A stretch of DNA of 57,926 nt, counting the filler, from Porpidia crustulata (taxonomy: Eukaryota), in the NCBI GenBank assembly GCA_964255105.1. It is 8 parts of 8 records of this genome, joined end to end, with 100 filler letters (N's around TTAATTAATTAA, not from the genome) between each part and the next. Parts side by side here need not be neighbours in the genome. Positions count along the whole stretch, not along the records: positions 21,832 to 29,001 come from CAXUWE010001388.1; positions 29,102 to 36,237 come from CAXUWE010001389.1; positions 36,338 to 43,470 come from CAXUWE010001390.1; 5 more parts are not named here. One strand, written 5' to 3'. Shown here one piece after another: positions 25,304-37,091 of this stretch (position 1 is the first letter of the stretch; every line of letters begins with the position of its first letter). The translations under genes were made by a program, and so were the position numbers. Under the pieces are notes generated by a model. That model saw nothing but the letters and a program-made list of their open reading frames with translations, was not told where the DNA came from and did not search any database.

Positions 25304-25801
25304 GCTGAGAGTTGCAGGGAAAGAAGTAGAAATCAAGGATGCAGTGATATGATGTCAACTTGGAAAGAGTTGGAAGGAGTAAGATATATACACTCTAAGG
25401 CATTATGAGATTCCGTGGGTAAATAATAGAAGCTCGAGCTGTCTCACAAGCCTCGGTTATCCCCAACCGAGGTTGTCCCAATGTGGCCATTCTCCGTTAA
25501 ATCCGGGCATCTAGCGTAGCCTTCTATAGAAAGTCCCATACGGACAAAATTGACAGTGGCGGCTTGACCAAAGACATCAAGCGTCTGCATCCACAAACAA
25601 TTACATCTTGAGTCATGGTCACTGTTCACTTATATAAAGCAAACTTGGATTGAGTTTAACATATGCGTTAGCAATCCAAGGAATTAATGGTAGACTCCAA
25701 AGGCCGTTCAACTAATTGGAACACTACACTATTTACAAAAATTGGGCTCCTAGGACCCAAATCTCCACTACCACGATTAATGTCAACAAAAAAGCTCAGT
25801 C

Positions 25802-26941
25802 CTACCAAGGCTGTATCACTGGATCAACTCTACGTTGGCGTTTCTCTATGATCTCTAGTTTCGAGGCTGCTATGGGATTGTATGTTTGTCTTTGTGCCTC
25901 CATGAGCTCCGACCCTAGACTATCTAGGAACCGACTTTCGGCCGAAGACTCGCTGTGAGACTGAGCAGTGGCTGACGTAGGGTTTGCAAAGAAAGTTCTG
26001 CCGAAAAATTCACTATCAGGTGTAAGAAGGGTAGACAGTAAATCTTGTCCGGCTGAAATAGGCTCCCGGCTCCCTACTGTGGTGGCAGAGCCAGCGACAG
26101 AGTCACATGGAGTCAGTAGAGCGTTGACTGAACCCGAATTGTGCTGGCTAATTTTGCATCCGGCGATGCTGCCGGGAGTATATATCGGTACATGGCGATA
26201 TGAATCGAAGGGAGGCGTGGTTGCCGATTTATGCCTCATGATATGCTGAGCGTACATCAAAGCATCCGAAGTTAAGCCTCTTTGCTTCACTTTCATTTCG
26301 AGAAGCAACTCCGTCGATAAACCTTTTTCCAGAAGCTCCCTATCTTCTCTCCACTCGATTTCTGCAGCCATTATCTTCCTTGCTTCCCATTGCTCTAACC
26401 AGTGTCCGAATCTCGCTTTGATTCGCACGTGATCTGAGAAAGAGTAGTCTATTGGGGCCTGAGTTGTCGCACGCGTTGATACACTTGGATGTTTGCGTGC
26501 ACAAGGCTTTCCTCTGGTATAATTCAACCCACGAGTCTTCGTCATTCGAAGCGAAAATGATCTCCGCGAAGTTGAAACAGAGTACACCGGACATTGATTG
26601 GCCATTGATGTATCGATTCTTAGACACGGCAGATAGGACTTGCGCTTCGCTCGGTCATTTTTGGACACTTTGTTGAGTCGCGAATCAGAATTGTACAGTG
26701 CTCTATTGCATGAAATTGCTCTTCTCGATTGTATTATGTGGCTTGACCGGGTTCCTCCAAGGGGTAATGTGGTCTCATTGACGTTATTCCTTTCCTCGTT
26801 GATAGAATCAGGGACATCGCGCGGGTCAGGCTTAGAGATCCTTGCTGAAAGGGGTAATGGATTGATGCCTGGTGTGGCTTTACCCAGGGTCGGGTTAAAT
26901 ACTCTGGAGGATTGCATTGCTGCCGAAACCGAAAGCAACAC
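25802..26941 (-). CDS. Hypothetical protein (long terminal exon; 5' exons unresolved)
   Basis: 379-codon open frame preceded by a CTGATCACAG acceptor-like site; no recognisable domain. Confidence 0.45.
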   Translation of the reverse strand: MLLSVSAAMQSSRVFNPTLGKATPGINPLPLSARISKPDPRDVPDSINEERNNVNETTLPLGGTRSSHIIQSRRAISCNRALYNSDSRLNKVSKNDRAKRKSYLPCLRIDTSMANQCPVYSVSTSRRSFSLRMTKTRGLNYTRGKPCARKHPSVSTRATTQAPIDYSFSDHVRIKARFGHWLEQWEARKIMAAEIEWREDRELLEKGLSTELLLEMKVKQRGLTSDALMYAQHIMRHKSATTPPFDSYRHVPIYTPGSIAGCKISQHNSGSVNALLTPCDSVAGSATTVGSREPISAGQDLLSTLLTPDSEFFGRTFFANPTSATAQSHSESSAESRFLDSLGSELMEAQRQTYNPIAASKLEIIEKRQRRVDPVIQPW

Positions 26942-28225
26942 TGTGATCAGTTAACGAATGGTATTCAGAAGTGTGCTACGTAAGTATGGGGCGATAATGC
27001 AATAGTAATGATCATGTAGAGAATGGTATTACTGATGTGTATCAATAGAGATTCTCTTGGGATGTTAAGATGTTTGCTAATATACTGTCCGACAAATAGT
27101 ATTCCCATTGTTAGCGTTCGTCCAAACAGGAAGGTTCAGCTCCCTAAAGGAATTCTCCGATGAAGATCTCAATTTGGTCAGAGTAAGGAGCGACGCTCCT
27201 GGCAACTACGAGTCCGGACCGATATCGTGTTCTTTGAACGTTTCGAGTTGCTGGAAATGAAGGAAATACAAAATCATCAGAGTCCATGAGACAGGACATA
27301 TATGGGATATAGAGCTCGCAAACTAACCCTCTTTACTCTGTCATATCGTATGCGGCTGCTTGCGGACTCTTCAAGGTTCATCTCGATCGAAGTTAGTCTT
27401 TCGCCAGCGACTTAGTCTGGTTCATTACATCTGATATACACATATTTAGGTGACTTTCTTGCAATTACATGGCGCGATTTTCTACCCTCTCCTGGTGGTT
27501 GCTTTCGATACTCCGGCAACAAAGAGTATTTCTTGTGAAGGATGCTGATGCTTGCCGTAAAGCCAAGTGATTCTCTTCCAGTAAAGATTGTGAGTTAAAA
27601 TTGAAAAGATGGACCGCACAACAGATAGCCTTTGTGTACGTGAGACACCTTAGCTATCGTACTATCTCCATTGACTGGGAAAGGCAGGGAAATAGCCTAT
27701 AGATCAGTAACGTATCAAGGAATTATGGGAAATGGTACTTTTCTAGGAAGTCCGGGAAGATAGATTTGGTTTTCGGCACCACAATACCTTTACTGGCCGC
27801 ATTGTGGCACTCGGGATAAGCCTTACAATCAGAATTATAAAAAATGTGTTTTCTTAAGGGGCGAATATGCATGCAATGATGAAACCCTCTGGAGCCCGTC
27901 CACTTGAATAACGTGGTTGACCTTGATGGATGTTGGAGTCGCTACAATCGTGACAAGGGCTCTGCAGACCATCATAACCAGCCTGCAATCAGGATGCATA
28001 GCTTATTGTAACGTGACGCCATTTCTTTCGTTCATTGTCTACTTCCGAGACTCATTGTTGAATGAGTCTCGTACCATCATTGTTCTTTATGAGATCATCT
28101 CCGTTGTCTTTAACAGTCATTGTTCCAAATTCTTTCCAGCACCAATCGAAAGTACAAACTACCGCTGTCATGGCTTTCTTTCCTGCCTCCCAGCCCGATC
28201 CTCGTTGCACCAGTCAGGCGCCGTG

Positions 28226-29001
28226 ATGTTGGGGTTCCTGTCAACGATCTACACCGCTCTCGTCCCCAATAGAGCAGCCGCTTCCTCAGGACACTTGGAG
28301 CCTTCGGCGGAGGGATCAGATTCAAAGCAAGTGAGTTTCCAAAGTACTCTAGAGTATCCGGCCACAAACTCCGAGGCTAACGAGTACCTACAACACCATG
28401 GCGTGCCTCCGCCATCGTCTTCGAGTGTTCGCTTGAAGAGCGGCCGTCGTTCGATTAGATTTGCCGACCAAGAGAGCACAAAAAGCGGCTCAGAATCGAA
28501 CCTCCCACGGTCGGCCCAGATATCCGACTCTCTAGAGCGCGGTCGTCCTGACATATGCACAGGTGCCCAGCGTCACCCGAGGCTACATACTCGGAATCCG
28601 AAAAATCTCCAGCCAAGTAAGCTCGCTGAACCTACTACGCTCTCTGCCGCTCACGACGCCCGTTCACCCACACTTCACGCACCCACCGCAAGACGTGCGG
28701 TCCAGGGCCAGCGCGATCTCAGGAAACAAGCATTCTTGAACAAGTACAATCACAACAAACGCGACGAGAGAACGGAGACTGCAGGAAACGAGCCGGAGAA
28801 AACACCGCATCTAACGCCTTTTCCGCGCTCTCCCCCACGCGTCAAGTTCGCAGATCCGAACCCCTCAGCCCTGAGATCCTCCACCAGACCCATCGCCAGA
28901 CTCACCAGCCTCCGCGAAACCTACGCCGCCAACGCCAAAATCACCGCTCGCCAGCTCTCCCTCCCCGTGCGTCCTCCCACCACCAACACCACCACCACCA
29001 C
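28226..29001 (+). CDS. Ser/Arg/Pro-rich hypothetical protein, 3' truncated
   Basis: Open frame from ATG (MLGFLSTIYTALVP..) to the contig end; disordered composition. Confidence 0.5.
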
Positions 29002-29101
29002 NNNNNNNNNNNNNNNNNNNNNNNNNNNNNNNNNNNNNNNNNNNNTTAATTAATTAANNNNNNNNNNNNNNNNNNNNNNNNNNNNNNNNNNNNNNNNNNN
29101 N
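29002..29101. other. Artificial contig spacer
   Basis: N44-TTAATTAATTAA-N44. Confidence 0.99.
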
Positions 29102-29515
29102 GTGTGTAAACAGCGTGTCGTGTTGGAAAAGGAATGGTATAAGTTTTGCGGAAGGGAGGGGATTTATAGATTTATTGAACCTAGTTGTTGCTATCACATG
29201 GTGCAGGCAGTGTGTGTTAGGTGTTTGCTTCCGAGTGGTAGCAAACTCGAAAACTTGACCCATGATATCTGGCTTTGCTTAAGAGTTCGCCCGATCATGC
29301 TTGTAGCCGCCTCAAACGACACGGTCGGTTGGAAGGAGGCCTTGGCCGTTTGCCTCAGGTGTGAGGATCATTCTGACAAGACTGCGTCAGTGCTCGTGGA
29401 AACGAGCGAGATTGCTACTCGCAGACTCCGGTTGGAGCCGTGTTTCCAGCGCATGAGAATACCGCTGCTTCATTCCTGTTATCGTGTTTTTGTGGAAGAA
29501 GAGCCTGTCCAGATA

Positions 29516-31419
29516 TCACGGCAGTAGGTATTTCTCTTCAAGGACCAGATCAGGATCATTGAACCATGCTTGATTGAGAAAGCTCAGTACTTCCGACGCC
29601 CCACTTCTAGCTGATTCTTGCTTTGTGCTTCGACACTCTATGTAGACTAATAGAGGTCAGTCAGAAACTTGATTTGATATGAATGCGAGCTGTTTCTCAC
29701 TTTTGATCTTGGGTTCTGTGCCTGATGCTCTCACTGTGAATCGGATGTCTTGATCCAGCGATTCCCCATTGAGCCAGCATGTAATCATCTGACTGCTTGC
29801 CGATGACGGTAATGTAGGGACATGGTTTTCTGTACTAGAATCATAGGCTGTGGTGAGGTCACGCCATCGAGTAACTCGCCAATTGCCAACAGATTGCGGG
29901 AATGGATCACCGAGTTTTCTGATCCTATCAAATAGTCGTTTAACTGTGTCAGGGTCGGAGGCTCGCCAATATGTATTCATTGTTTCGAAGTAACCGTACT
30001 GCTCGTAAAGCGTTTGTAACCTTGTCCAGGGTGATATCCAATGACTGGTCGCACGAAGGAAAAGAATGGCTGCAGCGATTCCGTCTTTGTCGAGCACAAC
30101 ACCTGGAATCATGTATCCGAGGGCTTCCTCATAAGCGAAGTGAACGCTTTTGCCCTGATTTTGCAGTTCTAAGGCACGATTACCGAGCCATTTGAAGCCA
30201 GTAAGGGTTTCCTCGACAAGTAATCCATTTTCGGCAGCCATAAAGGATAACATCTGTGACGAGACAGCGGTAGTGAGCATATAATGGTCAATATCTGCAC
30301 CCCGAGGAACTTGAGAACATAAGAAATCCGCGAGGAGAACGCCAATCTCATCGCCTTTAAATTGATACCATGCCGCGCCGACTTTTTCAGCGACTGCGAA
30401 GCGGTCTGCATCGGGGTCATTTGCTAGAACCAGATGAATCCCTGATATTTCTGCTGTGGCCAAGGCGAGATCAAATGCTCCTGCTTCTTCAGGATTCGGA
30501 TACTTCACTGTTGGGAAGTCTGGATCTGGCTGAGCCTGCGCTTTAACTACGGTCATTGATCCGTCACTGTGGATTGCTTTCAACGCCTCGGTCATATATT
30601 CAAGCCCTACACCATGCATGGGAGTGTACACAAATCTAGGACATCTCTGGCCTGGTGAGATGTGTCCAACTTTTCCAATTGTTTCTAGGTACTTTGCCTT
30701 CATTGGAAGTAAAATCGGGTGTTCCAGACTTTTTTTCTGTGTGACATCCCAGGTCAAAGGTTCCAGATTCTTCAAAATAGAAGCAGCAATCATAGAGTCC
30801 GCCGGGGAATTGATCTGGCATCCGTTGGAGCCGTAAACTTTATATCCATTGTCTTGAGCAGGATTATGACTAGCAGTGATCATGATCCCCGCAGCAGCAT
30901 GTAAATTTACAACACCAAAAGGTACCATTGGGGTATGGACCAGATCTTCATACCACCAGACTTTAAAGCCTCTGAAGCTGAAAGCTGCGGCAGCAAGCTC
31001 TGCAAACTTGAAGGAGTTGTGCCGAGCGTCATGGCCGATTACGATTCCTGCTTCCACAGCCCCTGGTTCATTCTGCAACAAATATTCAGCGAGGCCTTGA
31101 GAGGTTTGTATGATTGTTAGGCTGTTGAGGCGCGAGAAACCCGCTCCCATAGGAGCTCTTAAGCCGGCTGTGCCAAAGGTAAGTCCTAGTGCTTATCTCA
31201 GTATGTCCTTCTCAAATCAGTAGAGATATTTCGTCACAATTGCATACTGTCATCAAGTCTATGCTGGAGCTCCTTGTGTTTGTTATTCTCAACCAACTCC
31301 TCTATCTCATGCCTTGTCGCAGGATCCTTGCAACTGTGAGCAAGTGATAAATCGTAGTAAACAAAGACTTTCCATTTTACCTTATCTAAACGCAGCCATT
31401 CTTCTACAGAACTGCCCAT
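29516..31419 (-). CDS. Phosphoglucomutase-2 / phosphopentomutase-type alpha-D-phosphohexomutase, 4 exons
   Basis: EEWLRLDK; FGTAGLRAPMGAGF; phosphoserine ITASHNP; metal loop ANDPDADRF; YEEALG; VRASGTEPKIK; last exon YIECRS..KYLLP*. Confidence 0.94.
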
Positions 31420-31838
31420 AGCTCACAGGCAGTGTCCCGAAAGGAAATGACCAGTTCACAGGAAATTTTATGGACAGAAGTAGAAAATTCGAACAGAAAG
31501 CTGTGGAATTTGAAGAGGTGAAGATCTAGATTGAGATGCACAACACGAAACAGCTCATATTAGACATTCAATACATTTCAAGTTTCAGAGAATCATCCGA
31601 GATGTCCAATCGACAAGCCTCGTTTCGATTTATTGATAAAGAAGAAGATATCAAGAGTGTTGAAGAACAGAAATATGTTGAACGCGACGAAGCCCGTTGA
31701 AGCCCCTCAATGAGGCTTAGCGGCCAATCGAGCTAGGTAATTTTTGACCATCGGGAGACCTTTCGAGCGCTAGATCAAGGTACCCATAAGTACCTTATCA
31801 TATCATTGTGTCGATACTGGGGCAGCCCATATATCACA

Positions 31839-33597
31839 ATGCTGTCGAGTCCTATGTCGACAACAGCAATGTCTCGTAAGGAATCCATCATCACTCGGTG
31901 TCAGGTTGAAAGAATGATTGCCAATGGTGCAACAATCATAATTGTGAACAACAAGGTTCTCAAGGTCGATGCTTGGCTCAAGTACCATCCGGGAGGTGGT
32001 AAACCAATAATGCATATGGTCGGCCGGGATGCTACGGACGAAGTCAATGCGTCCGTTGTTCTATACTGCAGTACCTGCCTATGCTAACGATAGCAGACTA
32101 CACTCCCAAGAAGCACGAGAGCGCATGTTCAGATACCAAATCGGGACCATTGACGGAGTGTGGACTAACTTTCTACCGCCAATCCAAGGTGGAAATTTTC
32201 GGACACAAACCGACCAGATCGAAACAAGTATAGACGACGACGGAGCGGAGGCCTCCTCGAGTGGTGATAGCACCCCACTGGGATCCCCAATGTTTGAGGT
32301 CGCTGAGCGGTCAATCAATCTCAGGAGACGGAGAAGCAAGAGTGTGGCAGACCTCCATGAAGTCTCGTCCCTCTCGTCAATGTCGTCTATGGAGTCACTT
32401 GAACTGCCTCCATTGAAAGAGGTCTCTCGCCTGGATGCCTACACACAGAGAGAGATTGACCTTGATCTCGCGAAATATCCAGCCTTGGACCACGCCACTC
32501 AAAATAACATTGTACAACGGTACCGTGCACTGAACGATCAAATAAGGGCAGAAGGACTCTACAAATGCAATTATACCTCTTATCTCATTGAGACAGTTCG
32601 GTATCTTTTGTTGTTTGGTATGTTTCTTCTGTGCCTGCGCTATGGTTGGTATGGTACAAGTGGCCTTTTCTTAGGTTTCCTCTGGCACCAACTGGTGTTC
32701 ACCGCCCATGATGCAGGACATATGGGAATAACTCACAGCTTCACAATTGATTCTATAATAGGAATTGTGATAGCGGACTTTATGGGAGGCCTGAGTCTAG
32801 GCTGGTGGAAGCGAAACCACAATGTACACCACGTTGTTACAAACCGTCCAGAGCATGACCCGGATATTGAGCACATGCCGTTCTTTGCCATATCACATCG
32901 ATTCTTTGACTCTCTTCAAAGCACCTACTACGAACGAATCATGAAGTATGACCCCTTTGCAAGGTTCGCCATTAAATATCAACAATACTTGTACTATCCT
33001 ATTCTTACCCTTGGTCGCTTCAATTTGTACCGTTTGAGCTGGGAGTATCTGTTATTAGGACTTGGACCTAAGAAGGGCCCGGCATGGTGGCACCGATGGT
33101 TAGAGCTCGCTGGCCACGTATTTTTCTGGACATGGTTCGGATACGGTGTTGTCTACAGGTCCATTCCTACCACTAGCGGCCGAGTCCTTTTCATAATGAT
33201 AAGTCACATGATCACGGCTCCCCTTCATGTCCAGATCACTCTGAGCCACTTTGCTATGAGCACGGCGGACCTCGGAGTCCATGAATCATTCCCGCAAAAG
33301 ATGCTGAGAACGACCATGGATGTTGAATGCCCCGAGTGGCTCGACTTTTTCCACGGAGGTCTGCAATTCCAAGCTGTGCACCACTTATACCCTCGTATTC
33401 CACGACACAATCTTCGCCGCACGCAGAAGCTAGTCCAAGACTTTTGTCAGGACGCAGAGATACCATTCACTCTGTATGGCTTTGTGGACAGCAATAAGGA
33501 AGTTATTGGACGATTGGCTGAGGTCGGACGCCAAGCAGCTATCTTGGCCCAGTGTCAAAGTTCTCTTACCGAGAAAGAATCAGATTTTCAACACTGA
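31839..33597 (+). CDS. SLD1: Delta-8 sphingolipid desaturase (cytochrome b5 fusion), intron 32051-32096
   Basis: b5 motif HPGG..GRDATDE; His boxes HDAGH, HNVHH, QAVHH; start could be one of three nearby ATGs. Confidence 0.93.
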
Positions 33598-34551
33598 ATC
33601 TTGAAATGCGAGGTTCAACTAACATCGATATGATTCATCGAGAGCGTTCGTTGGAATGCGGACGAGGCTGCACACCTCGTGCCACCATAGTGTTTACTAA
33701 TAAGCAACTCTGTATGAAGGTCTATATTGAGACTGGATTACTAGGATACGCCGGTAGTAAGACTAGGGCTCCAATGTTCAATAAGCTCTCCGCTCAGTCG
33801 TTATCTCGTTTTGAAGCCAGTCTAAGGGTATTCTTAGAAGTCCTACCTACCGTTGAAGCATATTAATACCGCATCGGTATACCGCGCAAAGTCCTCAAAC
33901 CATTATACTGGGATGTGCTGGGGATGAAGTGGCTGAGAATTTCGAGTTGACAGCCTACTTTAATAAGTATTCAGATGTTTCTCGTAACGGCAATTGCGAG
34001 CTAGTGGGATGGGAAATAAGGCTTCTGTACCACCAAAATATACATGAAATCAAAGGATTCGTATAAACGAAGAAGGGAAAAGGTATATAACGTCTCACGG
34101 TAGATAGACTGTAGTATATGGCAAGAAATACAAAAGCATTCAAGAAGGCCATAGGGGTTTGCCCATGTGATGGAGGTCACTCCTTGCGGTTAGATTATAT
34201 GATTTGCAGGGGAGGGTACGAGGCGGAGATATCAGCATTCCTATTGGCTTCCGAAGCGAACTGAGCCTGTAGGGGTCTTAGATGAACTACTGCGATCAGT
34301 CCATGTACGCTCACGACTACTTTACTTCTCTCGTCCATGTCTTTCAAACTTATAATAATAAAGAATCCAGGTCTTCGACAATGTCGAAGATAACAAAATG
34401 TGTGAAGGTTCCATTTTCTTCTAATTTATACTTACTTTTTCACTTCTGCACAAAGCATTGTCCGTAAATCCGCAGCAGCAGTACGCTTACCTCGCCGCAA
34501 TAGGTTCATCTCCTTATGAGAAGGAGCTGCATCGACCTCTGAAGGCACCAG

Positions 34552-36079
34552 ATGTTGTCTGGGCAAGTGGTAACCGATTGGGATTTCGCCCCAGTCCATG
34601 AGTTCCTCCGATCGACAGCTCTGTCACAAGCGCCACCCTCACCGGCTGCCCTGGTGGACCATGGTGTAAAAGATCAACTTGACACTGGTGCTCACCTAGG
34701 TGACTTTACTAGAATATGGGAGTATCTCGGGCAGCCGTTGATCGTACCACCTCCCGCAGTCCAACCACTACCACTGAGCGACACGAACGGGCAGACAAGA
34801 GCAGATGAAACGATCCAGGCTTGGGGCTCGAAGCTCGCAAAGGAAGTGAGATGGAGAGATGAGCTGGACGGTGGAGATCTTGCCAAGTTTGATCGTATGG
34901 GTGATCCAAAGATAATAGCACGTTTGAAGGGAGGGCGGAAAGCAAAAGCACATATAGGGAAGGAGGAATCAAAAGCCAAGGAACCAGGTCGCGCAAAGGT
35001 TCTGCCAGTTGGGAGTGAGTCCGAGAACGAAAATTTCTCGCCTCAGCGTTCTGAGGCCCGGAAGGCCATAATAAACGGGATAGTCCATGGCACCCTTGAA
35101 AAGGGGCATGATGATTTACCAAATGTTTTATGCCTTCTAGGTGGACCCCCACTTGCTCTGGATGCTGGTGCATGGCCCGCTACATATTTGCGAGTTTTTG
35201 CACCACCCGCACAGGAGAAGAATTCCTATGCGACAGCGGCTGTGAAGAAGGGTAGACTAATGGCAAAGCTCCTAGAACGTTTTATCGAGGAAAGGCAATA
35301 TCTCAATAATGTCAGCATTACTAAGGATAATAATGTTTATAATGATTTACGCACAGATGTAGGCGTGCATGTTTTTGTTGATGCATCTAATGTAAGTGCA
35401 CTAAATCCAGACTCTCAAGAAATGCAATCACTAATCCTCGCAGATCATGATCGGTTTTCATGACGCAATAAAAGCGTCCCGCGGTCTCCACATTTCAAGC
35501 CGCCTGCGACGCCAGCCACTCTCATTCCACAACCTCTCCCTCATCATGGAACGCGGCCGTCCCACCGCCAAGCGCGTCCTCGTCGGCTCCGACAACTTCC
35601 CCGCCATCCAAGAAGCCAAAGCCATCGGCTACGAAACCAACATCCTCGACCGCGTCCACAAAGCTAAAGAGCTCACTCCCCGCCAGAAGAAATTCACCCA
35701 TCGTGGCGGCGCCCTCCCCACCGGCACTGCTACCTCCGGCCAATCCAGCGGCTCCGAAACGGCCACGTACGCCCCGCAGAAATGGGTCGAGCAGGCCGTG
35801 GACGAGATCCTACACCTGAAGATCCTCGAGAGCGTCGTCGACGCCAAGGAACCGGCGACGATGGTACTGGCAACGGGGGACGCGGCAGAGGCGGAGTACT
35901 CGCAGGGGTTCCTGAAGATGGTGGAGCGGGCGCTGGAGAAGGGGTGGGCGGTGGAGGTGGTGAGTTTCCGGCAGAACCTCAGCGGCATGTATCGGCGCAA
36001 GGAGTTTCGCGCGCGGTGGAAGGAGAGGTTTCGGATTGTGGAGTTGGATGGGTTTGTGGAGGAGTTGTTGGGGGAGTGA
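34552..36079 (+). CDS. NYN/LabA-type PIN-fold nuclease domain protein, intron approx. 35392-35443
   Basis: VHVFVDASN-IMIG, WVEQAVDEILHL, MVLATGDA and ALEKGWAVEVVSF match NYN/PIN strands with acidic catalytic residues. Confidence 0.8.
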
Positions 36080-36237
36080 GGATTGCGTGATGGCGGGTGT
36101 TAGGGGTTGGGTTGTTTTGTGGGTATGTTGCTGTTCCTTTTGCTTTGGGATTTATGGTGCGATGTGGATGTGTGGGTTTGGGGGGTTTAGTGGGTTTTGG
36201 GGATGTTTGACGTTTCTTTTCCGGGGTGACGTGGATG

Positions 36238-36337
36238 NNNNNNNNNNNNNNNNNNNNNNNNNNNNNNNNNNNNNNNNNNNNTTAATTAATTAANNNNNNN
36301 NNNNNNNNNNNNNNNNNNNNNNNNNNNNNNNNNNNNN
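36238..36337. other. Artificial contig spacer
   Basis: N44-TTAATTAATTAA-N44. Confidence 0.99.
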
Positions 36338-36650
36338 GATGAGAGAATGAAGAGAGATAAGAAATGAGTGAGAAGAAGATGAATGAGATGAAATAGAAGA
36401 GAAGAGTAGAGAAGAGAAAAGAAGAGCAGAGAAAAGACGATGACGTGAAAACGTGAAAGAATGAAGTAAGAAATGAGTATAGAAAGGTGAAGAAGAAAAA
36501 TGAAAAAATGAAAAATGAAGAAGAAAAAGGATGAAGAGAGGCGAAAATCAAAGACGATGAGATGAGACGAGGATATAAAAGGAAAAGGTAAATGAGGGGG
36601 AAATAAGATATGGAGATAGGGATGAGGAGGAAAACGATAAAAATTACGAT
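36338..36650. other. Purine-rich GA tract lacking GG near the contig edge; RIP-like mutated sequence
   Basis: No GG in approx. the first 145 bp despite high G content; GG reappears progressively inward. Confidence 0.6.
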
Positions 36651-37091
36651 CACTCTCCGTGTCTCCCTCGCATTCTTCAGCAAAGAATACGCGTTCCGGC
36701 CCGTCTACAGCTAACTCCTCCAATTTCTCCCGAAACACCCCCAGTCCAATTTCGATTATATCTCCCTTTTCTGCAACACTTTGCTCTCGAAATAACTCCC
36801 ACTCATCCTAGAAAATTTGAGGCATTGACAAGTTCCTTCGACCTCCACGCTATTTTCAAAATCAAAGCTGCAGTCAGACCGATGGCAAGCCCTCTCCCCC
36901 TTGAATCTCCAGCTTTAAAGATACCCGAGATCATCCCACGTTCCACTTGCCCCATCGCTAACATCCATTAAGAAACCCAAAACATCAAACCTCCCCACTC
37001 CTCCACTCCTAATGAAATTACCGACTCTGATACCTTCTGGACAGTCTTACCGCCATTGCTCCAAAAGCTTCATCTCCGTACAAGCGAGAAC

